Positions 49,267 to 57,893 of a stretch of 64,000 bases of DNA are shown in pieces; position 1 is the stretch's first letter; each line of letters opens with the position of its first letter. The notes under the pieces are model-generated. The model searched no databases. It was given only the letters and a program-made list of their open reading frames with translations, and was not told the origin of the DNA. The DNA comes from Pseudomonadota bacterium (lineage in GTDB: Bacteria; Bdellovibrionota; Bdellovibrionia; Bdellovibrionales; Bdellovibrionaceae). Made by a program: the position numbers and the translations under genes. The DNA lies in the NCBI GenBank assembly GCA_041178425.1, contig JBEGVH010000010.1, positions 32,001 to 96,000 of the forward strand, in the 5' to 3' direction.

Positions 49267-50301
49267 ATGACAAAAAAAGCAATTTTAGTATTTTCACTTT
49301 TGTTCAGCTCTTTGATTGCGCCCTTTTCTTTATTGCACGCTCGCGCAAAGACTAGCTCCAGTAGCCTTGCCAAAGGAGTTACGCCCATCAAAAATGGAAA
49401 AAAGAAGGGTAAACCAAGAAGACTCTACCTCGACTTTTCTGAACAAAACGACAGCCTAAGCAAGCCGACAACAACCAATGAAACTAAAGTAAGCACTCCA
49501 TTGCAGTCCTCTTCTGGCACCTATACCCGCCCTAAGACATTACAAGCAAAAACGCCAATCCAGAGGGTCGGTTTTTCAAATGATTTGCAGATTGGGTACA
49601 GCAATTCGGCCTATCGGTATGCAGGCGAAGACTATCCAGAGAGAAGTATTGGTTTCCTACTTAATCCAGTTTTGGAATCGAGTTGCTTTGATTTTACCTG
49701 CAGATACTACGTGAAAATGACAGGAGAACTGAATCTCAATGATAACTCGAAGGGTGAGATCAGTTTATTTCAGTTTGGAATAAAAATTCCTACGGAAGCA
49801 TGGCTGGGATCTTTTCGCCCAACCTATGCTTTATTTGGTGTGATTCCCACAACCAAAAGACAGCTTCAGGTAGAACAACAATTGTACGGTGTTGGAGCGA
49901 GTTTAGGTCTAACAACCACGCCCTCACTTTTTGACAATAATTTTTTAAAGTTCACTGGCGGTTTAAGCTTTAAAAAGAACGTTAATGAGTCATCTATTGA
50001 TAAAGCGCAGAGCTACGTAGGAAGGCAGTTTCTTATGACTGATTTTATGTTCTCAGAAAATTTTTATGCGGAAGTCATTTTCGGACATATTAATGGAGTC
50101 AGTTATGATGGCTCCGAAAATGAACTCATAGAGATGAGCCAATCCTTGAACTGGCAGGCCACGGAAATCTTCAGTTTTAGCATAGGCCACGGTAATACGG
50201 GCCCCATGTTTAATAATGCCAGTCACAGGCTAGACCCTTCTCTCGTGAGCATCGACAATTCGGTGCTATCGTTCGCTTTGGGAATCACAAATCAATTTTA
50301 A
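49267..50301 (+). CDS. Hypothetical exported protein, probable outer-membrane beta-barrel
   Basis: GGAGG RBS before ATG 49267; signal peptide; beta-strand-rich; C-terminal Phe (LGITNQF). Confidence 0.6.
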   Translation: MTKKAILVFSLLFSSLIAPFSLLHARAKTSSSSLAKGVTPIKNGKKKGKPRRLYLDFSEQNDSLSKPTTTNETKVSTPLQSSSGTYTRPKTLQAKTPIQRVGFSNDLQIGYSNSAYRYAGEDYPERSIGFLLNPVLESSCFDFTCRYYVKMTGELNLNDNSKGEISLFQFGIKIPTEAWLGSFRPTYALFGVIPTTKRQLQVEQQLYGVGASLGLTTTPSLFDNNFLKFTGGLSFKKNVNESSIDKAQSYVGRQFLMTDFMFSENFYAEVIFGHINGVSYDGSENELIEMSQSLNWQATEIFSFSIGHGNTGPMFNNASHRLDPSLVSIDNSVLSFALGITNQF

Positions 50302-50407
50302 ACGGCTTAGACCGCGTTATATCATCTTGATACGCTTTCTTTAATGTACTTTAGCTCTGAACTATTGAGGACTATGATAGGGAAAACGGAAATCCGGGGG
50401 TTTTTCT

Positions 50408-50824
50408 ATGTTTAAAGCATTGTGTTTTTTGTTCACTGTCGCCTTTTCATCGGTTCTCATCGCGGGTTCCGATCAAGCCGTAGATGATGCTATGAGGGAC
50501 ACTCAGGATTTGTTAAAGGACCAAAGCAAGAGGCAAGAATTGTTTAAAAAGGATTCCCGAGCACGATCAGCCGACGATAAGGTACAATCCTTAACCGGAG
50601 GAGATGCGTCTCAATCTCAACAAATATACAATATTTCCTCTGATGCCTTTAGTGCGGTAATGCAAGGTGTAGGCAATGATCCAAACAAAATGATGGAACT
50701 TCTTCAAAAGGCTCAAGGTAACCCTGAGGCTTTTTACAATAGCCTTCCACCGGACATAAAAGACAAGATTCGCGGAGTCGCTAGCGATATTGAAAAGAAA
50801 GGGGCTGCCAAGAACTCGCCCTAA
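50408..50824 (+). CDS. Hypothetical secreted helical protein
   Basis: 138-aa ORF with a signal peptide and an RBS-like GGGG. Confidence 0.65.
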   Translation: MFKALCFLFTVAFSSVLIAGSDQAVDDAMRDTQDLLKDQSKRQELFKKDSRARSADDKVQSLTGGDASQSQQIYNISSDAFSAVMQGVGNDPNKMMELLQKAQGNPEAFYNSLPPDIKDKIRGVASDIEKKGAAKNSP

Positions 50825-51057
50825 GAGTGAGACTTTTCACCCTACCTCTAAAGCGTTGTAGTTCTCGTCTTTTGGAATTCACTTTAAAGTTTTCTTCACA
50901 AAACTTTGTCGTCGTACAAATTTATGGACCACCTTTGGATTTTTTTCCTTATGTGTGGTTTCGTGTCAATAATCACTAAAAACCGTTTGCCTACATCTAA
51001 AAACTGACTATTTTCTATTAGGGTCAAAAGTTTTCTCTTATCCTCAAAGGAGTTGAT

Positions 51058-51648
51058 ATGCGTTTCATCGTTAATTTATCAGTTATTTTTTTCTCAGCGA
51101 TCCTTACAGTTCAAGCTAAGGCAGAGGGCATTTCTTCGCTTAAGGCGGCAGAAGTCGCTTGTCATCGCATTGAGCGATTGGTTGTACTGAAGAAAATCGA
51201 TAAGGGATTTGTTTCTAAGTTTCAAAAAATGGATTTAGAACTATTGACCGCCGGCGACCCGACCGGGGCCAAATTCGCAGTGACCTCTTTTCAAAATGCA
51301 CCGGCCGATGGATCTCCATTGAGTGTTACTCTATTTGTCGAAGGTTCAGGGAAAGTTTTAAACTATTTAGTCAATCAGGGGGGTACTGCAGGACCTAACG
51401 TCGAATGGACGGGAAAAGACCCTGTTTCACTTGTTGAATCTGCTATGCACTTTGTTCTGGACGAACATGAATCGAATCATCAACTACATCCATTCGCGAT
51501 GGACTTTGAATCTTTGACGATCGAAAAGAAAACTCAAGGTGGCAAGGCATTGGCTGAGCTTTTAATGAGAGCCAAAACAACTACGAATAAATTAGTCTTA
51601 ACATTGGATTTGAACGGTAAAATTCTAAAGAATGAAATCGTTCCTTAA
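51058..51648 (+). CDS. Hypothetical secreted protein
   Basis: AAGGAG RBS; signal peptide ending AKA; first gene of a three-gene operon. Confidence 0.7.
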   Translation: MRFIVNLSVIFFSAILTVQAKAEGISSLKAAEVACHRIERLVVLKKIDKGFVSKFQKMDLELLTAGDPTGAKFAVTSFQNAPADGSPLSVTLFVEGSGKVLNYLVNQGGTAGPNVEWTGKDPVSLVESAMHFVLDEHESNHQLHPFAMDFESLTIEKKTQGGKALAELLMRAKTTTNKLVLTLDLNGKILKNEIVP

Positions 51649-52429
51649 GGTAATGAATTCAAGAAATCTAATTTTCATTTTTATCCTTCTTGTGAGTGCC
51701 CAGTTTTTAACAACTGGGTGCTCCTATACTCGCTATAGAAATTCTAACTCAGACCCTAAAAACGGTTCTCCCATTGGTGTGAGTGAGGCCGAAGCCATCG
51801 GTTATGCCCAGGTCTACACCGAAGTCTTTGAACCCTATTGTATCGCTTGCCATCGTGGTGGAAAGTATCCTCTCAACAACTACGTCGAAACTCGAGGGCT
51901 CGCGGATCAAATTAAATCCAGTGTCTTCACACTCGGTAGCATGCCACGAGATCGCGTCTTACCGAGCAAGGAGCGTCGATTATTGCTTGCGTGGCTGGAG
52001 AATGGCCTGCCTGAGTTTGGTAAGCTTCCACCGTCTAAGCCTAAACCGCTTGAACCAACGTTTACATCCATTCGGGATAGAATCTTCAGTGTGCGCTGCG
52101 GAGAGTGTCATGTGCCTACGAGCTCATACTGCCAAAAGGCAACTGACTCACGGGCTACCAAAGTCGATCCTTTGGATGAATATCGCAATCGGGAATCTTG
52201 CCGCATTGAGCTTACGAATTATCAAGAGTTACTTTTCGGAGAGGAAGCGCAATTGAAAGAGTTTGTAATTCCAGGAAACGCAGCCGAGAGTCAACTCATC
52301 CTCGCGATAAAGGGCTCGGAAGATACAAGCCCCTCGATGCCTCCCAAAGAGGACGGTTTTGAATGGCTTTTACCAGAAGAAATTAAGGTCATCGAAGAAT
52401 GGATAAATAAGGGTGCTTTAAATAATTAG
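51632..52429 (+). CDS. Di-heme c-type cytochrome lipoprotein
   Basis: Lipobox LTTGC; CIACH and CGECH, each followed by an SMP motif and a W..G helix. Confidence 0.75.
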   Translation: MKSFLKVMNSRNLIFIFILLVSAQFLTTGCSYTRYRNSNSDPKNGSPIGVSEAEAIGYAQVYTEVFEPYCIACHRGGKYPLNNYVETRGLADQIKSSVFTLGSMPRDRVLPSKERRLLLAWLENGLPEFGKLPPSKPKPLEPTFTSIRDRIFSVRCGECHVPTSSYCQKATDSRATKVDPLDEYRNRESCRIELTNYQELLFGEEAQLKEFVIPGNAAESQLILAIKGSEDTSPSMPPKEDGFEWLLPEEIKVIEEWINKGALNN

Positions 52430-52450
52430 GTCTCTTTTGGGAGAATTTTT

Positions 52451-53533
52451 TTGAAAACCTATAGCCTACTTTGCTCGTTTTTTTTGGCACTTACTTTACC
52501 ACTTTCGGCTCTGGGATTTCCAGAAACCGCACGACATGGCTATGTGAGTTGTTCTACTTGTCATTTTAGCCCCAGTGGTCGAGGCCTATTAACACCCTAC
52601 GGAAAAACAATTGCAAAAGAACTCTATTCTTCCCTGAGAAACTTAGCGGATTCGCAAGAGACGGAGGCACCAAACTCTCCTTGGCATGTCGGAGGTCAAT
52701 TTCGCTTGCTCCAGTGGTTTTCTCAAACTCCGTCAATCGAGAAGGCTCGTTTTTTTCCTATGCAATCGGAGCTCGAAGGTGCCTATGATCAAAACACTTG
52801 GGCCCTCATTGCTAGCGTCGGAGCCTGGAGGCCAATGGATTCGACTCAGAAGGCTTATAGAGCCTACTCACGAAACCACTTTCTGCTCCTGAGGCCTAGT
52901 GAGGAGTTAATTTTGCGTTTCGGCCATTTTCGCGTGAATCACGGCCTCGGATTACCAGATCACACAATATTAACAACAGAATCACTGGGCTGGACTCATT
53001 CTCATGAGACTTATAATTCAGAATTCACCTATCTTTTGGATGATCTGGTTTTCCAAGCAACTCTTCTTTCTCCGTCGAAGCTTCTTGTTAATGATGAGTC
53101 ATTCGAAGGCTTATCATTGGCCTTTACGAAAGCTTTTAATTCAAAACACAAATTGGGTTTGAATCTTTCTCAGTTTAATCGAGAGGGAATTGCCGAAAAC
53201 CAATTCAACTTGCATGGTATTGCGACTCTCAGCGAATCCTCTTTTTTTCAGGCGGAAGCCGCCTACAGGCATTTTAGAGATAAAACAAAGTCCGAACAGG
53301 CAGCTCTTTTTAGCCGTCTGTCTTATGAACTTCGCCAACGATTGAGACCCTTTGTTCAATTGGAGGCTGCCGCTGTTGAACCTAATAAAAATAACATCAC
53401 TCATCGTGGATCGATTGGATTTGAATGGTTCCCGATAAACTATTTTGATTTGTTTTTTTCTGCGGGAAAGCAGTCTTCGCCGAACGCCGATGACAGTACG
53501 ATCATCACTGCCATCGGACACTTTTACTTTTAA
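52451..53533 (+). CDS. Outer-membrane beta-barrel with an N-terminal CxxCH motif
   Basis: Signal peptide; HGYVSCSTCH.SP.G.G.LTPYG; amphipathic strands; C-terminal GHFYF. Confidence 0.7.
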   Translation: MKTYSLLCSFFLALTLPLSALGFPETARHGYVSCSTCHFSPSGRGLLTPYGKTIAKELYSSLRNLADSQETEAPNSPWHVGGQFRLLQWFSQTPSIEKARFFPMQSELEGAYDQNTWALIASVGAWRPMDSTQKAYRAYSRNHFLLLRPSEELILRFGHFRVNHGLGLPDHTILTTESLGWTHSHETYNSEFTYLLDDLVFQATLLSPSKLLVNDESFEGLSLAFTKAFNSKHKLGLNLSQFNREGIAENQFNLHGIATLSESSFFQAEAAYRHFRDKTKSEQAALFSRLSYELRQRLRPFVQLEAAAVEPNKNNITHRGSIGFEWFPINYFDLFFSAGKQSSPNADDSTIITAIGHFYF

Positions 53534-53535
53534 TA

Positions 53536-54420
53536 TTAAGAGACCTTGAGCTTTTTATTGCTCAGGGGGTGACGAGCTTCCATTGTTCGCGCTAGCTGGT
53601 CCATGCTCAGATGCATGTATTTCTCGGTAGAGGCTAAACTAGAGTGACCCATTAATTCTTGAAGAGTACGCAAATTCATTCCAGCCGATACCAAGTGTGT
53701 CGCGTAGCTATGTCGAAGAGCATGCGGGTTAAGGGGTGCCCGCAGTCCCGCCTCTTTTCCCATGTTGCGAATCCATTCAAAGGCTTGCCTAACATTAAGA
53801 GGCTGTTCACCCCAAATAAAATCCCCAGTTCGAGGCAGTACTCTCACTGATTCAATGACCACCTCAGGAAGAGCCACCCACCGCTCCTTGCTTCCTTTAC
53901 CTAAAATACACACCTCGCGGGTGTTCAACCGCCATTTATCCCAACGAACTCCACAGGCCTCTGAAATCCGCAATCCACCGCCGTATAGTAAGCTTAGGAG
54001 TGCCCTGTAGCGGACTTTATTGGGATGCTCAGTTGGCAAACCTCGCACATAGCTAAAGAGACTTAATACTTCATCAAAGGCCAGAAAGTGAGGGATGTTT
54101 CGTGGCACTTTCGGTGCTTCTACCCTCTCGTTAAGTGGAGTGCCAATATAACTATTCACATAGAGCCAATTTAGAAATGCCTTCACCGTAGCAGCTTTTC
54201 GTTGCCGGGTTGATAGCTCCAAAGAGCCCCATCTGATCTGAGCTTCTTTGATTATTCGCAAAAGGAGTGACTCTGTGGGAAGCGCTTGGTTTTTTTGTGA
54301 ACCAAAGGTCTGATGGAGATCTATTCGATAAGCCTTCAAAGTATTGCCACTAAAGTGACCAATTTCGTCCATTTCGCGCAAAAACATTCCCAAAAGCGTC
54401 TCTATTGACTCTGATGCCAT
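53536..54420 (-). CDS. xerC: Tyrosine recombinase XerC/XerD family
   Basis: GLRISE, GKGSKER, HALRHSYATH, MGH and TEKY catalytic residues; SAM-like N-terminus (NTLKAYRIDL). XerC versus XerD is not resolved. Confidence 0.75.
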   Translation of the reverse strand: MASESIETLLGMFLREMDEIGHFSGNTLKAYRIDLHQTFGSQKNQALPTESLLLRIIKEAQIRWGSLELSTRQRKAATVKAFLNWLYVNSYIGTPLNERVEAPKVPRNIPHFLAFDEVLSLFSYVRGLPTEHPNKVRYRALLSLLYGGGLRISEACGVRWDKWRLNTREVCILGKGSKERWVALPEVVIESVRVLPRTGDFIWGEQPLNVRQAFEWIRNMGKEAGLRAPLNPHALRHSYATHLVSAGMNLRTLQELMGHSSLASTEKYMHLSMDQLARTMEARHPLSNKKLKVS

Positions 54421-54574
54421 CTACAACAGGGTAAACTGATGAAAAACTTTTATGTAGTGCAAAATTTTTCTTGAATTTTTTCTCTACCTGATTATAACTT
54501 GTGCACTAACGCACTGCATTTCTTGCATTGCGTAACATTAGTGTGTGCAATTTCTTCATTGAAAGGTGGAAAGC

Positions 54575-55654
54575 ATGACAACGACGCCCACGAATTCATC
54601 ACCTGTTTTGCCTGGGTCACAAAACCCTTATCAGTCTTACTGGAATCCTACTCAAAGCCAACGTGTTATCGAGCCCAAGACTATGGTCTTTGCCTCAGAG
54701 AGCATGTCCAATTTAATGAAAATGATCGACAAGGTCTCAACCTCTAGCGCTTCTGTACTTATTCTTGGAGAGTCTGGCACGGGCAAAGAGCTTCTTGCTC
54801 ACGCTATTCACGACCGAAGTAATCGTAGAAACAAACCTTTTGTGGCTATCAATTGTGGTGCGCTTCAAGAGGCTCTTTTAGAAAGTGAGCTCTTCGGACA
54901 TGAAAAAGGTTCTTTTACCGGAGCTTATAATCGTAAGATTGGTCTCGCAGAAATGGCAAATGGCGGAACCCTTTTTCTTGATGAAATTGGAGAGCTCACT
55001 CCAGGAATTCAAGCCAAGCTGTTACGCTTTCTACAAGAAGGCGAACTCTACAGAGTCGGTGGAAAAGAACCTATTATGGTTGATGTTCGTATCATCAGTG
55101 CGACCAACCGAAATATCGAAAAAGATGTGACCCAAGGTAAGTTCAGAGAAGATCTATTTTATAGAATCAATACTATTGTATTGAGAACTCCAGCTTTACG
55201 CCAAAGACGTGAAGATATCCCTGTTCTTGTTAATCACTTTTTAAATAATGGTTCACAAGCTTTTCTTGGCCGGGGCCGACAAGTGCATGATGAGGCAATG
55301 AAGATCTTAAGTGATTATGATTGGCCAGGAAACATTCGTGAACTTCAAAACATCTGCGAGAGACTACAAATCCTCTGTGATGGTCACATGATTATGCCAA
55401 ACGACCTACCGGAGCATATCAGAGCTCCTCAACAACGATTATTGCTTACCGAGTATGATGCGAAGCTCACTCTCTATGAACTAGAGAAACGATATATCTT
55501 AAAGGCTTTATTGCACTTTCATGGCAATAAGACCCAAGCTGCTAATGCGCTGGGTATTACGATTAAGACTCTTTATAACAAACTTCATGAATACGGCGAA
55601 TTTGATAAGTTTGCTGTATATCCTAGAGAAGGAAAAGACGGATTTAAAGAATAA
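54575..55654 (+). CDS. Sigma54-dependent activator lacking an N-terminal regulatory domain
   Basis: GESGTGKE, ESELFGHEKGSFTGA, FLDEI and WPGNIREL; Fis-type HTH; only about 30 residues precede the AAA+ domain. Confidence 0.9.
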   Translation: MTTTPTNSSPVLPGSQNPYQSYWNPTQSQRVIEPKTMVFASESMSNLMKMIDKVSTSSASVLILGESGTGKELLAHAIHDRSNRRNKPFVAINCGALQEALLESELFGHEKGSFTGAYNRKIGLAEMANGGTLFLDEIGELTPGIQAKLLRFLQEGELYRVGGKEPIMVDVRIISATNRNIEKDVTQGKFREDLFYRINTIVLRTPALRQRREDIPVLVNHFLNNGSQAFLGRGRQVHDEAMKILSDYDWPGNIRELQNICERLQILCDGHMIMPNDLPEHIRAPQQRLLLTEYDAKLTLYELEKRYILKALLHFHGNKTQAANALGITIKTLYNKLHEYGEFDKFAVYPREGKDGFKE

Positions 55655-55657
55655 ACT

Positions 55658-55694
55658 AACAAGAAAGGCGCCAAAAGGCGCCTTTCTTGTTTTT
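55658..55694. terminator. Bidirectional intrinsic terminator
   Basis: Perfect 15-bp stem AACAAGAAAGGCGCC-AAAA-GGCGCCTTTCTTGTT with a T run, between convergent genes. Confidence 0.9.
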
Positions 55695-55701
55695 ACCGCA
55701 A

Positions 55702-56478
55702 CTAATCCTTGGCCACCGGATTCGAGCTTAAGATAGCCCTCATCATCAGTGCTCCCGAAATGACCAACATAATCGCAATCCAAAAAGAAACACCAAAACC
55801 TAAAATTAAAGGTCCCCGAGGATCGTCGCGAAGAAGTTCCATAATCATTCGATTGAAACCGTGACCAACAATCCACAGGCAAAAGATAACGCCGGGTCGA
55901 ATTCGGCTTTCTCCTCGTTTCTCAACCAGGAGTAGAACGAGCACCAAAAAAAACTCCAGCCCTGCCGTAATTATTTGAGTAGGGTATCGTCCGAAGGACT
56001 CACCAGAAAATTCTATGTTATGAAAATGAACTCCAAAAATAGAATCAGTTTGTTTTCCGTAGCAACAGCCTTGAAAAAAGCATGCCCAACGGCCCATCGA
56101 ATAGCCCAATCCAATCAGGGGAGCAAAAAGATCCAGCCAGGGCAGTAGAGGTAACCTTTTTTTCTTCAACCATAAAATACCAACACCGATGCCCGCAAGT
56201 ATTCCGGCTAAAAAAACGAATCCACCCTCCCACAATTTGAATATAAAACTAGGATGCCTAAAGTAAAAATCTGGATACTCATATAAAACATGAAATAATC
56301 GGGCACCAATCAAGCCGATGAAAGAACTAAAAAGCCCCACATCTAAAGCTGTTCTTACATCAAGGCCCAGCGACTCGCTTCGAAAACGCAACCATAGAAG
56401 TAACAAGCAAAAGTCGAAGCTAATGACCACGAAGTACGTTGGAATCGACCAAACTCCGAACTCGATTATGGGATACAT
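55702..56478 (-). CDS. lgt: Prolipoprotein diacylglyceryl transferase
   Basis: IGARLFHV, WEGG, GRWACFFQGCCYG, YPTQ and ELLRDD. Confidence 0.9.
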   Translation of the reverse strand: MYPIIEFGVWSIPTYFVVISFDFCLLLLWLRFRSESLGLDVRTALDVGLFSSFIGLIGARLFHVLYEYPDFYFRHPSFIFKLWEGGFVFLAGILAGIGVGILWLKKKRLPLLPWLDLFAPLIGLGYSMGRWACFFQGCCYGKQTDSIFGVHFHNIEFSGESFGRYPTQIITAGLEFFLVLVLLLVEKRGESRIRPGVIFCLWIVGHGFNRMIMELLRDDPRGPLILGFGVSFWIAIMLVISGALMMRAILSSNPVAKD

Positions 56479-56490
56479 ATCGATGGAGTC

Positions 56491-56997
56491 CTAAGATTTT
56501 GCTGGTTGTTCAGACTGACTTTTACCTTCAAGCCACATGAGCACCATCAGAATCATTACACCAACGACGATGGCACAGTCGGCGATATTAAACGCAGGCC
56601 AATTATATTTATGGTACAAATGGAAATCGAGAAAATCGATGACGTAACGGAGACGTAAACGATCGATGTAATTTCCGACGGCTCCACCAAAAATGCTACT
56701 CAAAGCGAAAATCTGCCAGCGATCCTTATCGGCCACACCTTTCAGAATCACTAAAATAATAATCATCGCTACCGGAGGAACAGTTAAAAAGAAGGCTTCT
56801 CTGAAATCAGGGTGAGACTCAGCCAAAAAACCAAAGGCTGCACCTGGATTCCGAACGTAAGTGAGATTGAAAAAGTTTTCGATGACTGAAACGGATTCAC
56901 CCAGTTGAAAACGCGTGTGCACATATACTTTAGTAAGCTGATCTAATGCGACGGCAAAAGTAGACCAAGCGATCAAAAAAACATATTTAAATTTCAT
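56491..56997 (-). CDS. lspA: Lipoprotein signal peptidase II
   Basis: DQLTK, RNPGAAFG, GGAVGNYIDR, VIDF and PAFNIAD; catalytic Asp residues intact. Confidence 0.96.
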   Translation of the reverse strand: MKFKYVFLIAWSTFAVALDQLTKVYVHTRFQLGESVSVIENFFNLTYVRNPGAAFGFLAESHPDFREAFFLTVPPVAMIIILVILKGVADKDRWQIFALSSIFGGAVGNYIDRLRLRYVIDFLDFHLYHKYNWPAFNIADCAIVVGVMILMVLMWLEGKSQSEQPAKS

Positions 56998-57064
56998 GTT
57001 GAGCCTCAATATTCTCAGACTCTCTCAAAGTTCTCAAAAAAGTTCAAAGGAAACAGCAAGGTAA

Positions 57065-57688
57065 TTAAAATTGAGAGCGCATTTTTTGATATCCCATAGC
57101 CACAAGCAATCGAATCGCTTCATGCTCCGAGCTTAAATTGAAATGATTTTTAACTTCCTGAATCATTGTCCAACTTCGAGCATCCACCAAATTACGGAGA
57201 TCCGTAATTGTAGGGCTCGAGCTCATGGAGGCGCTGAAAAGTGGGAGACTGGGATCGTTTAGCGGATTTGGCACTCCCCCCAAATAGGAGGCATTGACCA
57301 TGGAACTTGAAGAAGAAACCGGCTGCGGAGAGTTGGAAGAGCTATTTTGAGCGACGAATTGAGAATTTGTAAATCCACCTGGCTGCATGGTTGCAGCTGC
57401 AGTATTGCTGGGTGGATATTTTGTATTCCCCCCCCCAGTTTTATTGGCACTTGGAGATTCTTCAAGATCGCCCATCATACTCGCAAGATTTTTCAGCTCG
57501 GATTTAAAGCCCTGGAGGTTCATTCTACTCAAAGATGTATCACCATGCATTTGGGCGCGCGTATAGAGAGCCACCAACGCTTCGGGAGACTTCGCCAACT
57601 CCTGCACATTGGCGGGCTGTGACCTCAGCCAATTATAGGCCTGAATCAATGTTTCTTTTGTATAAGCCTGTGGTGGCAAATGCATCAT
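57065..57688 (-). CDS. Hypothetical protein with a low-complexity linker and a possible C-terminal ribbon-helix-helix
   Basis: 207-aa ORF; Ser/Pro-rich middle; C-terminal DARSWTMIQEVKNHFNLSSEHEAIRLLV. Confidence 0.6.
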   Translation of the reverse strand: MMHLPPQAYTKETLIQAYNWLRSQPANVQELAKSPEALVALYTRAQMHGDTSLSRMNLQGFKSELKNLASMMGDLEESPSANKTGGGNTKYPPSNTAAATMQPGGFTNSQFVAQNSSSNSPQPVSSSSSMVNASYLGGVPNPLNDPSLPLFSASMSSSPTITDLRNLVDARSWTMIQEVKNHFNLSSEHEAIRLLVAMGYQKMRSQF

Positions 57689-57893
57689 TTGAGTAATTCT
57701 TAATCAAAGTTAAAAGTGGTTGTAAACTTAGGGGTTGTAACGCTCGCCGCAAAGAACAGCAACTAAAAGTCCCTGTACCCCCAAAAACCTCTGGAAACGC
57801 CGTTCCATGCGGCTTTCATAGTTTTAAAGCTCAATCTCAATGTCTACAGAGCTGACCATTTAAATCAGGTACTTACGCCCAATTAGCCTTAAG

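Noticed and set aside
53536..54420. Tyrosine recombinase as the integrase of a mobile element
   Set aside because: Its size and motifs fit chromosomal Xer; I saw no att repeats, tRNA, phage or cargo genes, and no dif site.
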